Notes under the pieces: model-generated
Seen by the model: only the letters and a program-made list of their open reading frames with translations
Database searches by the model: none
What the model was told of the DNA's origin: nothing
Source: an uncultured Poribacteria bacterium
GTDB taxonomy: Bacteria; Poribacteria; WGA-4E; WGA-3G
Assembly (NCBI GenBank): GCA_958296135.2
Contig: CATQHZ020000001.1
Coordinates: 4,416,001-4,480,000, forward strand
Reading direction: 5' to 3'
DNA: 64,000 nt
Translations under genes and position numbers: made by a program
In this document: one piece after another, positions 9,069 through 18,359 of the stretch
How the letters are laid out: every line of letters begins with the position of its first letter
Numbering within the stretch: the first letter of the stretch is position 1

Positions 9069-11363
9069 GTGCAGATTCCCCAACAATACGCCATCAACCT
9101 AGTCGCGCTTTTTCGGCGCGCCGTTCGCCCATCTCTCATCGCGCTCACCTTATTCCTCACGTGGGGGTGCGATTCACAGGAGAGTCGGCGGAAACAGCCG
9201 CCGGCACCGAAGTCGGAAGTTGCCGAAGTGATGAGTCCCGTCGAATTTCCAAAACCTCGCGCTGTGGACTGGCACATGTTCATGCATGATTTAGACTTCT
9301 CCGGGATAAGCGCGGATAAGACGCTCACGCCGCCGCTCCAACTACTGTGGAAATTCAAAACCGGCGGCCCACTCCACGCCTCACCGGTGGTTGCAAACGG
9401 TGTGCTATACATCGGTTCAACCGATGGCAAGTTGTATGCGCTCAATGCCAAACGGTGGGACATCAAATGGGTTTTTAACGCAGGCAGTGCCATCCGATAT
9501 TCAGCCACGGTGTTAGGAGCCCGTGTCTATTTCAGCGCGAGGAATAATAAGGTTTACGCGCTCAATGCCGACACAGGCGAACCGGTGTGGGAGTTTAAAT
9601 CCAAGAGTTGGATGGACGCGCCGCCCATCGTGGTAGATGGGAAACTCTATATCGGCGCGTTTCCCTCAAAAATCTATCAATTGAACGCGATAACTGGAAA
9701 ACTTGAGGCGACGCGCGAACGCACTGTCCGAATCCGGGGGGTTGAATATGGGTGCGCCAACGGCGAATTCCGTCCGATCGCCCCGCACTACAACGCACCA
9801 CTGTGGCGAAAACAGACTGCAGGAAGCAACAGCTACCCTATTATCGCAAACGGGTTCGTCTATATCGGCGCGCGCGATGGACACATCCACGCGTTTGACG
9901 CGGCATCAAAACGTGAAACGTGGACATATCAGACGCGCGGTTTTATTGACGCAGCACCTGCTGTCTCTGACGGTATCCTCTACGCTGCCTCCGGCGATGG
10001 CACAGTCTACGCATTTAGCAACGTCTCAACAACTCCCGCAAGCAAACTTGCCAATGGCAAGGCACCCCCTACTCCCGCAGGCGCGCGTTCCAAGCGCGCA
10101 AAAGGAACCGTCACGCACGATAACGCCCCAGTCCACGCCGCTCGGAACGGACAAACCGAGAAACCGCTCCTCCACCTCAACGATGGCGTTGTCCTGCCGA
10201 TTGTGCAAACTGCCGACAGATGGTATGAGGTAGCACTGCCGAACGGCGAACTCGGTTGGATGGATACGTTCGCCTTCGGACAGTTTGAAGAGACAGAAGG
10301 CGTGCTGTTTAATACTAACTTCTGCGGAAAACCTCGGACACTACAATTGGTTGAAGGCGCAGAATACCCACGCTGGAGCCCAGATGGGGAACTCATCGCG
10401 ATGCTGAAAAGGACAGAACTCCGCGGGCGGTATTGGCAGGCAAGTGAACTGCTAATCATGGACAAAGCGACGGAACGAGCACGCAAACTCTATGCCGGGC
10501 CGATTTACAACCCGCATGTCTCCTGGTCCCTCGATAGTCGGCTTTTGGCATGTGAGGTTGATGAAAAGGGGGAACGTTACGTTTACACGATAGATTGGAA
10601 ACTCGGCCGGGTTAAGAAGTTAATTCAGGGCGATGGCCCCACCTGGTCGCCCACTTCAAACCGGCTCGTGTTTCGGCGGCGCGATAAGGGGATGGATGTC
10701 GTCTACCGCATCAACAGCGACGGGAGTGGGACGCAGGCGATTGCGCGGGTGCCGGTTGAACGCCGCAAGCAGTCTTACACCTACCTGCCCGCGCCGTCCT
10801 GGGCACCCGATGGGACGCGCGTGGCTTTCGGTGTCCACCACCAAAAATATGTCGGCATCCGCATCCAAGGTGTGGAAGGGAAACGTTTAAAGGAGATACC
10901 GACGCAGCATCAGCACGTCGCGCACCTCCACTGGGCGGCAGACGGAACGCAGCTCGCTTACGTGTTGTCAGGCAGCAACCGTCCGGGGCAACTCATTGAT
11001 AAGCAGCTCCACCTCGCCGATGCGATTTCTACGTCAACGCAGACGCAGATTCTCAAACATACGTCGCCAGCCTGGGCACCGGCAGGGAAGCAGTTGGCAT
11101 ATTTGGAACGCGAGGATTGCGAGGGGCTCCGCTGGAAAGTCTGGATTTACGACGTTGAGAGCGGGCGCAAATGCCCGATTGCACGGACGCAGCTGAAGGT
11201 AACATCAGTCGTCTGGATGCCGGACGGGGAACATCTCTGCTTGTGGCACACGTCGGATTACCTGCGCGATAACGCCTACAAACCCGCAATAACGAAGGGG
11301 TGGATTGTGCCTGTTAATATCCCTAAGATATTAACATCCAACAAACCTAAATCTGGCTTGTAA
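9069..11363 (+). CDS. Lipoprotein with PQQ-like (BamB-type) beta-propeller repeats, SH3-like domain and TolB/PD40-like propeller
   Basis: LTWGC lipobox; repeated 'SPVV..G.LYIG..DG.LYALNA..W.F'; WYEVALPNGELGWM; repeated P.WSPDG. Confidence 0.8.
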   Translation: MQIPQQYAINLVALFRRAVRPSLIALTLFLTWGCDSQESRRKQPPAPKSEVAEVMSPVEFPKPRAVDWHMFMHDLDFSGISADKTLTPPLQLLWKFKTGGPLHASPVVANGVLYIGSTDGKLYALNAKRWDIKWVFNAGSAIRYSATVLGARVYFSARNNKVYALNADTGEPVWEFKSKSWMDAPPIVVDGKLYIGAFPSKIYQLNAITGKLEATRERTVRIRGVEYGCANGEFRPIAPHYNAPLWRKQTAGSNSYPIIANGFVYIGARDGHIHAFDAASKRETWTYQTRGFIDAAPAVSDGILYAASGDGTVYAFSNVSTTPASKLANGKAPPTPAGARSKRAKGTVTHDNAPVHAARNGQTEKPLLHLNDGVVLPIVQTADRWYEVALPNGELGWMDTFAFGQFEETEGVLFNTNFCGKPRTLQLVEGAEYPRWSPDGELIAMLKRTELRGRYWQASELLIMDKATERARKLYAGPIYNPHVSWSLDSRLLACEVDEKGERYVYTIDWKLGRVKKLIQGDGPTWSPTSNRLVFRRRDKGMDVVYRINSDGSGTQAIARVPVERRKQSYTYLPAPSWAPDGTRVAFGVHHQKYVGIRIQGVEGKRLKEIPTQHQHVAHLHWAADGTQLAYVLSGSNRPGQLIDKQLHLADAISTSTQTQILKHTSPAWAPAGKQLAYLEREDCEGLRWKVWIYDVESGRKCPIARTQLKVTSVVWMPDGEHLCLWHTSDYLRDNAYKPAITKGWIVPVNIPKILTSNKPKSGL

Positions 11364-11473
11364 CACGCCTCATAACCCGTAGGGCGAGGGCCGTTACGCC
11401 GAAAGGTTGTTATCTCTGCAGCCTCGCTGCAGAGATGGCCACTGTCCCTCGCCGTGCCAACTGAAAAATTCGG

Positions 11474-12928
11474 ATGGAGATGCCTAACATGAAACCGAAC
11501 ATACTCTGGATATGCAGCGACCAGGAGCGATTTGATACGCTCGGCTGTTATGGAAACCCGTTCGTGCAAACGCCAAATTTGGATACATTGGCAGCCGAAG
11601 GCGTGCTTTTTGAAAACGCTTACTCGCAAAGCCCAGTCTGCACGCCGAGCCGCGCCAGCTTCCTCACCGGCCGATACCCACGCACGACGCGATGCCGACA
11701 AAATGGACAGGCAATCCCACCCGATGAAAGGCTGGTAACAAAACTGCTCCACGACGCAGGATATGTGTGCGGATTGGCAGGTAAACTTCACCTCGCGCCA
11801 TGCAATCCGCGCGTCTGTAAAAGCACAGAAAAACGCATTGATGATGGCTACGCTCAGTTCTTCTGGTCGCACGACCCGAGCGATGTCTGGTCCGCGCACG
11901 ATTATACGCAGTGGCTGCAGGACAAAGGCCGCCGCCGAGGAAGCAAGCCGTTCGCCGATTCAGCATACGTCCAAGTGATTCCATCGGAGGAACACAGCCA
12001 GACGACGTGGAGTATTGAACGCGCGATGTCGTTCATCAGGAATGCCGAACGCTTTGAGCAACCGTGGCTTTTCTCGGTGAATATGTTCGATCCGCACCAT
12101 GCGTTCGACCCGCCAGTCGCCGCCCTGGAACGATACCGCGAGATGCTAGACGATATACCGCTCCCGAACTACGTTGAGGGAGAATTGCAAGATAAACCGA
12201 TCTGGCAGCAAATCGACCACGGTGGCGCGTACGGCAAAAAATCTGGGTATCCTTACACGGAAATGACGAAGACAGACCATCGTTGGGTACGCGCCGCATA
12301 CTGGGCAATGATTGACGTAATCGACGCGCAAGTCGGCAGACTGCTCAATTTCCTGGAGGAAATCGGGCAGAGAGAAAACACAATCGTTATCTTCATGTCC
12401 GACCACGGTGAAATGCTCGGCGACCACGGTATCTATCTGAAGGGCCCTTATTTCTACGAACCCGCCATCCGAGTGCCGCTGATTATCTCAGGACCAGGGA
12501 TGCTGAACAACGGTTCGCGTTCCAATGCACTCGTGGAATTAGTCGATCTGGCACCGACGCTGCTGGAGGCATCCGACATGGAACCTCACCCCGGCATGCA
12601 AGGACAGAGCCTCCTCCCGATGCTGAAAGGCGAAGCACCGTTGGATACGCACCGCGCCGATGTCTATTGTGAATACTATAACGCGATGGGATGGCACAGA
12701 GAACCCGTGGCGCACGCAACGATGGTGCGCAACAACCAGTACAAATTAGTCGCCGCGCACGGCACAAACAGCGGTGAACTCTACGATTTGGATGCAGATG
12801 CACAAGAGACACACAATCTCTGGCACGATGCAGATTACAGAAACGTTCGGATAGAAATGCAAGAGCGGCTCATCGACAGGATGGCTTGGACAGTAGACCC
12901 GCTGCCAGAACGCCAAGCACCGTGGTAG
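11474..12928 (+). CDS. Sulfatase (Cys-type)
   Basis: KPNILWICSDQ, CTPSRASFLTG, SDHGEMLGDHG; start may be Met 11489. Confidence 0.92.
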   Translation: MEMPNMKPNILWICSDQERFDTLGCYGNPFVQTPNLDTLAAEGVLFENAYSQSPVCTPSRASFLTGRYPRTTRCRQNGQAIPPDERLVTKLLHDAGYVCGLAGKLHLAPCNPRVCKSTEKRIDDGYAQFFWSHDPSDVWSAHDYTQWLQDKGRRRGSKPFADSAYVQVIPSEEHSQTTWSIERAMSFIRNAERFEQPWLFSVNMFDPHHAFDPPVAALERYREMLDDIPLPNYVEGELQDKPIWQQIDHGGAYGKKSGYPYTEMTKTDHRWVRAAYWAMIDVIDAQVGRLLNFLEEIGQRENTIVIFMSDHGEMLGDHGIYLKGPYFYEPAIRVPLIISGPGMLNNGSRSNALVELVDLAPTLLEASDMEPHPGMQGQSLLPMLKGEAPLDTHRADVYCEYYNAMGWHREPVAHATMVRNNQYKLVAAHGTNSGELYDLDADAQETHNLWHDADYRNVRIEMQERLIDRMAWTVDPLPERQAPW

Positions 12929-13029
12929 GTTTTTTGTCCCTCGCAAGGCGTTGTTCATCATCGCCCGGGATGATGAAGTTGCTTTAGCAGGCCGCATCGC
13001 CGTTGGCGATGCTTGCATGTGAGTAATCT

Positions 13030-13266
13030 TTAGGAGTAACACCTTTCGGTAGGCGCGCTTTGAAAACGCGTCCATTCTTTTCGGGAAAGCAACTCCTGAT
13101 TCGTCCGGAGGCTCGCCTCGTGGAATTGATAATCGTCCTTGCCGAGCCGGTAATAACACCGGAGGTGCCCGGTATCAACCGCCTGTTTGAGTGCCGCAGC
13201 GGAAATGCCGAGCATCAGCGCGGCTTCGGTGAGGTTATATTCAACGGTAAATGCACGTATTCGCAT
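13030..13266 (-). CDS. Small helix-turn-helix (excisionase/MerR-like) protein
   Basis: AAGGAG RBS; YNLTEAALMLGISAAALKQAVDTGHL pattern. Confidence 0.6.
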   Translation of the reverse strand: MRIRAFTVEYNLTEAALMLGISAAALKQAVDTGHLRCYYRLGKDDYQFHEASLRTNQELLSRKEWTRFQSAPTERCYS

Positions 13267-13958
13267 ACTATCTCCTTTTGCAAAAAATAACGCAAAAAGG
13301 AGACAGAGGGTTTCATATTAACACGTTACAAAAAATACGGAAGCACTTAGCAATAGCGGCGGACAGGCCCACGCACTACGGTTATCGTTTGTCGCTTTCA
13401 ATATGCCTGTTCTGCTGCATCGCGATTTGCCTGAATGCGGAGGCAGAAAATGTGTTGTCGCGCTGGGATAAGGCAATTTTTAACAGCATTTACGACGCGC
13501 CGCCACGTCGCGAACCGATGTGGACGTTAATGGAAGGCATTACCGAATTCGGACATTACCGCGCCGTGATGGGAGTCTCCATGCTGCTCATGGCGTATGG
13601 CAACGAATCGCATCGGCAGACCGGGAGACTGTTGTCCTCGGCGTTCTTGGCGACAGGAACGATTACCTATGGCATGAAACGGCTGATCGGACGAAAGCGG
13701 CCGCTTGATGAGACGTTAGGGAATCCCGCTTTGCCATCGGGACATACGTCGCTCGCGTTCACTTCCGCCACCATTTTAGGGTATCAGTATCCGCGGTGGC
13801 GGGTGCCGCTTTACGTTGGTGCGGGACTCGTGGGATTTTCGCGCATCTATTTAGGGCGGCATTACGCCTCAGATGTGGTAGTGGGCGCGGCGGTTGGCAC
13901 AGCGGTAGGCGTTTTCGTCTGGCATAAAGCACCGATGCTCTTGCGGTGGGAATTTTAG
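13251..13958 (+). CDS. PAP2 family phosphatase (start uncertain)
   Basis: KRLIGRKRP, PSGH, SRIYLGRHYASDV motifs. Confidence 0.9.
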   Translation: MHVFAYYLLLQKITQKGDRGFHINTLQKIRKHLAIAADRPTHYGYRLSLSICLFCCIAICLNAEAENVLSRWDKAIFNSIYDAPPRREPMWTLMEGITEFGHYRAVMGVSMLLMAYGNESHRQTGRLLSSAFLATGTITYGMKRLIGRKRPLDETLGNPALPSGHTSLAFTSATILGYQYPRWRVPLYVGAGLVGFSRIYLGRHYASDVVVGAAVGTAVGVFVWHKAPMLLRWEF

Positions 13959-14119
13959 GCGGCGCGGTTTCCAACCGAAGCGATAGCGAGGGGTCGGTGC
14001 AGTGGCACTTCGGTTTCAGCTGCACATGCCATTGAGGCCTGGAGGTAACCGAGTGCTTCCTCCCGGCAGTTCCCAAACCATTCGATGAGGACTTCTCGCC
14101 ATGTCCTCATTTTTCTCAT
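13955..14119 (-). pseudogene. Truncated addiction-module antidote-like ORF (54 aa)
   Basis: AAAAGGAG RBS; MRKMRTWREVLIEWFGNCREEALGYLQASM resembles an antidote N-terminus; no HTH follows and it ends in a REP. Not in the ORF track; translated by hand. Confidence 0.45.
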
Positions 14120-14158
14120 CGGTGTGTCTCCTTTTTTGATTTGTGGAAAACATTCGCC

Positions 14159-15142
14159 TTAAATCTCATAACGCACTAACTTGCGCGCGGCTTCCACAAT
14201 CTGCGATGCATCCGGAATAACAAAGTTCTCCATGACAGGCGCGAACGGCACCGGCACCGGCGCAGCAGTGACACGCTCAATCGGTGCATCGAGGTAGTCA
14301 AACGCCTCTCGCACGACGAGGGCGGCAATCTCCGCGCCGAACCCTGCTCTACCAACCGCCTCATGCGCTATCAGCAACCGATTCGTCTTCTTGACAGAAT
14401 TGAAAATCGTCTCCTTGTCAAGAGGCATCAACGTCCTCGGATCGACCACTTCTGCAGAGATACCTTCGTCGGCGAGCACGTCTGCAGCAGCGAGTGCATG
14501 GAGCACCATCCGCGAGGTAGCAAGAATAGTGATGTCGTCACCCGCGCGTTTCACATCGGCGACACCCAACGGAATCGTATACTCCGCCTCAGGCAGGTCT
14601 CCCTGTTCGGTATAGAGGAGTTTATGCTCAATAAACATGACCGGGTTGTCGTCACGGATGGCTGTTTTCAACAAGCCTTTCGCATCGTAAGGCGTTGCAG
14701 GCATAACGACGAGGAGGCCGGGGATATGCACAAACCACGCCTCCAAACTTTGCGCATGTTGCGCCGCCGATGAGCGACCGGCACCGCCTTGCGTGCGAAT
14801 CACAAGAGGCACATCCAATTGCCCGCCAACCATATAACGGATTTTGGCCACCTGATTGACAATCTGATCCATGCCAACGGCAGTAAAGTCAATATACATC
14901 AATTCGGCAACCGGACGCATGCCAGTAACGGCAGCACCGAGCGCAGTGCCGATGATGGCGGCTTCAGAGATAGGCGTGTTGCGGACGCGCTCCTTGCCAA
15001 ATTGCTGGAAGAGGCCATCCGTAACCTTGTAGGCACCACCGTACTCGGCGATATCCTCTCCCATTAGAAAGACTGATTCGTCGCGGTGCATCTCCTCAAC
15101 GAGTGCTTCTTTGAGGGCATCGCGGTAGGTAATCGTTTTCAT
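14159..15142 (-). CDS. pdhB: 2-oxoacid (pyruvate/acetoin) dehydrogenase E1 beta subunit
   Basis: VFLMGEDI..YGG, NTPISE, AQHAQSLEAW, NPVMFIEHK, LDAPIERV. Confidence 0.88.
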   Translation of the reverse strand: MKTITYRDALKEALVEEMHRDESVFLMGEDIAEYGGAYKVTDGLFQQFGKERVRNTPISEAAIIGTALGAAVTGMRPVAELMYIDFTAVGMDQIVNQVAKIRYMVGGQLDVPLVIRTQGGAGRSSAAQHAQSLEAWFVHIPGLLVVMPATPYDAKGLLKTAIRDDNPVMFIEHKLLYTEQGDLPEAEYTIPLGVADVKRAGDDITILATSRMVLHALAAADVLADEGISAEVVDPRTLMPLDKETIFNSVKKTNRLLIAHEAVGRAGFGAEIAALVVREAFDYLDAPIERVTAAPVPVPFAPVMENFVIPDASQIVEAARKLVRYEI

Positions 15143-15381
15143 TGTTCGGTTCCTGTTTCCTCGTGGGGCTCGTCAACCGGACGTGGCTGCAGTGTGACAT
15201 ATTTCCACCCCAACTTCTTCCACTTCGCCGATTGGGCCCGCAAATAGTCGCCGAATTCACGAGTCGTTTTGAATTCGGCACTGATTTCCCGTTTGATGCG
15301 ATAGCACTCTTCAAGAACGGGATTCGTGTAGGTGGCCGGATCGAAGTCAAGCTCCGAGGGCTTTCCTGGCGTTTCTTTCAT
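15139..15381 (-). CDS. Small hypothetical protein, free-standing copy of the C-terminal domain of the PIN gene (antitoxin-like)
   Basis: Near-identical to 15503..15733; stop codon overlaps the pdhB start (ATGA). Confidence 0.55.
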   Translation of the reverse strand: MKETPGKPSELDFDPATYTNPVLEECYRIKREISAEFKTTREFGDYLRAQSAKWKKLGWKYVTLQPRPVDEPHEETGTEQ

Positions 15382-15733
15382 GATAAATGCCTCATGCACG
15401 GCGGTAATCATCCCGCCGTTGCTGGCAAGATCGATGCCGTTCAGCAGTAAGCCGCATCGGAGCGGCGTAAGCAATCGCGCGTCGTTCCCGCCTTTCAGTT
15501 TTCTGTTTCCTCGTGGGGCTCGTCAACCGGACGTGGCTGCAGTGTGACATATTTCCACCCCAACTTCTTCCACTTCGCCGATTGGGCCCGCAAATAGTCG
15601 CCGTACTCGTAAGCATCTTTAAATTCGGCACTGATTTCCCGTTTGATGCGATAGCACTCTTCAAGAACGGGATTCGTGTAGGTGGCCGGATCGAAGTCAA
15701 GCTCCGAGTGCTTCTCTGGCGTTTCTTTCATGA
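15153..15733. repeat. ~230-bp direct duplication (15153-15383 vs 15503-15733)
   Basis: Direct alignment at offset 350 with a few clustered mismatches. Confidence 0.95.
15394..15501. repeat. 108-bp copy of an aminotransferase 3' coding segment (16359-16466)
   Basis: One mismatch seen over 108 bp. Confidence 0.95.
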
Positions 15734-16226
15734 CGAATTCCTCCATTAATTCCGAAGGTGTGCAGATGACGACAGGTCGAAAACCCGCTGCTAGACACAC
15801 CTCGTTAATAAGTTGCCGCTTGTCTGGCCTGACAAGATGCTTATGGTTCCACGAGACGAGGTATTCAACGCCATGAACCGCTGCAATGGCGATATGCTCC
15901 GCATCCGGACGCAAGTTTTGTGGGATTGCTCCTGCAGCTAGCAAGTTTTCACACAACGCATCCGCCACCGGTAACGTTTCCAATACTCTTACATCAGTTA
16001 ACGCTGCAACGCGTCGTTGAGCGGCAGCTGCATCGCCACGGCTCGCCTCGTTGAGAACAGCATCAGAAGTAACAAAGTCAAACCTATCTGCATATTCTGT
16101 CCAAAACCGCCGGGTTTCCCGTTGCCACGCCGCCATTTTTACATCGCGGGTTGCACGCGCGACGAGTTGGCTCACAACTGTCGTCTCAATATAGACTTGC
16201 GGATTGACATTGCTGTAGTGTATCAC
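15495..16226 (-). CDS. PIN-domain (VapC-like) protein fused to a short C-terminal domain
   Basis: VYIETTVVS, DAEHIAIAAVHGVEYLVSWNHKH, ICTPSEL. Confidence 0.85.
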   Translation of the reverse strand: MIHYSNVNPQVYIETTVVSQLVARATRDVKMAAWQRETRRFWTEYADRFDFVTSDAVLNEASRGDAAAAQRRVAALTDVRVLETLPVADALCENLLAAGAIPQNLRPDAEHIAIAAVHGVEYLVSWNHKHLVRPDKRQLINEVCLAAGFRPVVICTPSELMEEFVMKETPEKHSELDFDPATYTNPVLEECYRIKREISAEFKDAYEYGDYLRAQSAKWKKLGWKYVTLQPRPVDEPHEETEN

Positions 16227-16277
16227 AAAAATTCCTTTCTTGCAACAGAAAAGTGCGCGGCCGGCAATTCCGGACGG

Positions 16278-17627
16278 TTATGAAATCAAGCCTTCCACTT
16301 TCATCCACTCAATTGTCTGTGCGAAGGCATTCACCGTTTTTGCGATGTCGGCTTCGGTATGCACGGCGGTAGTCATCCCGCCGTTGCTGGCAAGATCGAT
16401 GCCGTTCAGCAGTAAGCCGCATCGGAGCGGCGTAAGCAATCGCGCGTCGTTCCCGCCTTTCAGTTTCCGGTAATCCCACTCGTAGGGATTAAACGCAACG
16501 GCACGGACATCCTTCTCACCGTGCCCGATGAGAAGTTTGATGCCAGAAAATTCCCCATAAACCGCCCAATCCAAGCCGTGCGCGTCAATAAGCTGGTTGA
16601 GTGCATCGCGGAGTTGCTTCGCAAGGCGGTTTGCCTGCTGATGCGGTTCCCCAGTCTTGACGATGTTGAGCATCGCGATGCCAGCGGAGGCAGAAAGAGG
16701 ATTCGCGTTAAAGGTGCCAGGGTGCGGCATCTTCAAGCCGCGTTTCTCTGATTGCATGGAAATGAGCGCCAGAATCTCTTTTTTCCCGACGAGCGCGCCG
16801 CCGGGGAGCCCCCCTGCTAAAATCTTCGCGAGGGTTGTCATATCCGGCGTGACATCGTAATAGGCTTGCGCCCCGCCCGGTGCAACGCGGAACCCCGTTA
16901 TCACCTCATCAAAAATGAGGAGAACGCCGTGTGATTCCGTGAGCTCCCGCAGGTGTCTCAAAAATGCCCCATCAGTTGGAACGATGCCGAAAGACGCACC
17001 GGTAGGTTCAAGGATAACGCAGGCGATGTCAGCATCGGTTTTCAAGAGCGTCTCAACTGCATCGATGTCGTTCGGTGGACAGAGCAGCGTGGTATCCCGC
17101 ACCTCTTGTGGAATGCCCGGCACCGGCACTTCAAAAGGCGGATATGCCCCCAAAATCAGGCTGTCGTGCCAGCCGTGAAAATGCCCGGTGAACTTTAGCA
17201 CCTTGTTCTTGCCCGTGTAGGTGCGCGCGAGACGGATGGCCATCAGCGTCGCCTCGGTGCCAGAACTGACGAACCGGATGCGTTCCGCCGATGGAATGAG
17301 CTCGGTTACGAGTCGCGCCCATTCCAATTCAAGCGGATGGCACGCGCCATAGTGAGTGCCGCGGTGCATCTGCGCGGTTACCGCTTCAACAACAGCAGGC
17401 GGATTGTGGCCAAGGAGCAACGCACCGTGGCCCGCCCAATAATCGATAAATTCGTTTCCTTCAAGTCCCCACTTCTTCGCGCCATCCGCGTGCGAAATAT
17501 AGACAGGAAAGGGTGCCATATAACGGCTGTCGTGCGTTACGCCATCGGGAAACAGTTGTGTCGCGGCAAGCGAGAGTTCTCTATCTTTTGCGAAGGTTTT
17601 TTGATACCGCTCTAAAATCGTTTGCAT
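16278..17627 (-). CDS. Class III aminotransferase, glutamate-1-semialdehyde aminomutase-like
   Basis: SSGTEAT, FHGWHD, LIFDEVITGFR, AKILAGGLP, GTFNANP. Confidence 0.9.
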   Translation of the reverse strand: MQTILERYQKTFAKDRELSLAATQLFPDGVTHDSRYMAPFPVYISHADGAKKWGLEGNEFIDYWAGHGALLLGHNPPAVVEAVTAQMHRGTHYGACHPLELEWARLVTELIPSAERIRFVSSGTEATLMAIRLARTYTGKNKVLKFTGHFHGWHDSLILGAYPPFEVPVPGIPQEVRDTTLLCPPNDIDAVETLLKTDADIACVILEPTGASFGIVPTDGAFLRHLRELTESHGVLLIFDEVITGFRVAPGGAQAYYDVTPDMTTLAKILAGGLPGGALVGKKEILALISMQSEKRGLKMPHPGTFNANPLSASAGIAMLNIVKTGEPHQQANRLAKQLRDALNQLIDAHGLDWAVYGEFSGIKLLIGHGEKDVRAVAFNPYEWDYRKLKGGNDARLLTPLRCGLLLNGIDLASNGGMTTAVHTEADIAKTVNAFAQTIEWMKVEGLIS

Positions 17628-17749
17628 GTTTTTTTCCTTATGGACTGACGCAGCCCCGCGATAGGCGCGGTTTTCAACCGCGCAGTCTGTTCTCTCGCGC
17701 GTTTGCAACGCGCACCTACGGACATGATGAATTCGCGTCAGAGCACTCG

Positions 17750-18247
17750 TCAATAAAATTCGCTGTAATAGTCACACAGAATATCACCATCGTGTTTAAA
17801 GGCGACTGTTTTGGGGAGTTCTTCCGGTCCGAAGAGCCCCGCCTCCAACGCCTCCGCGCCAGCACTCGGAACCCCGGAGACAATTCGTCCGACATACACG
17901 ATAAGCACCACGGTGCGCTCCTCATTCGGATAGACACCCAACAACCGTTCCAATTCCACCCGCACGTTTGCCTCCTCCTGCGCTTCGCGAACGGCGGTTT
18001 CTTCGGGCGTATCGCCGATGTCAATGTAACCTGTCGGGAAACTCCAATGGCCGTAACCCGGTTCATTTCCCCGGCGGATGAGCAAGAGTTTTGCGTCTTG
18101 AAAGGCAAGCACTCCCGCCACAGGCTTCGGGTCGCGATAGAAAACGAACTCGCAGGCGGTGCAGACTTGGCGGGGCCTGCCTTCAATGCGCCTCTCCGCC
18201 AGATGCGCCCCGCATTTTGGGCAAAACTTAAATTCTTGATGCGCCAC
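17750..18247 (-). CDS. NUDIX hydrolase with N-terminal zinc ribbon
   Basis: FCPKCG...CTAC; Nudix box G.....D..EETAVREAQEE; GTG start with GAGGGAG RBS. Confidence 0.9.
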   Translation of the reverse strand: MAHQEFKFCPKCGAHLAERRIEGRPRQVCTACEFVFYRDPKPVAGVLAFQDAKLLLIRRGNEPGYGHWSFPTGYIDIGDTPEETAVREAQEEANVRVELERLLGVYPNEERTVVLIVYVGRIVSGVPSAGAEALEAGLFGPEELPKTVAFKHDGDILCDYYSEFY

Positions 18248-18359
18248 GAACTCCCTCAAGCCAAAAGGTTTAACCTGATAATACACCCAGCGACAGAAAA
18301 TGTCAACCAAAAAGTGAGCGGACGCGACTCCTGGATGAACCGTGTCGCGTCCCTCAAAA

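Noticed and set aside
16278-17627. Calling the aminotransferase hemL
   Set aside because: The family is clear, but the N-terminal motif differs from canonical HemL (PDGVTHDSR rather than PGGVNSPVR) and there is no heme gene context.
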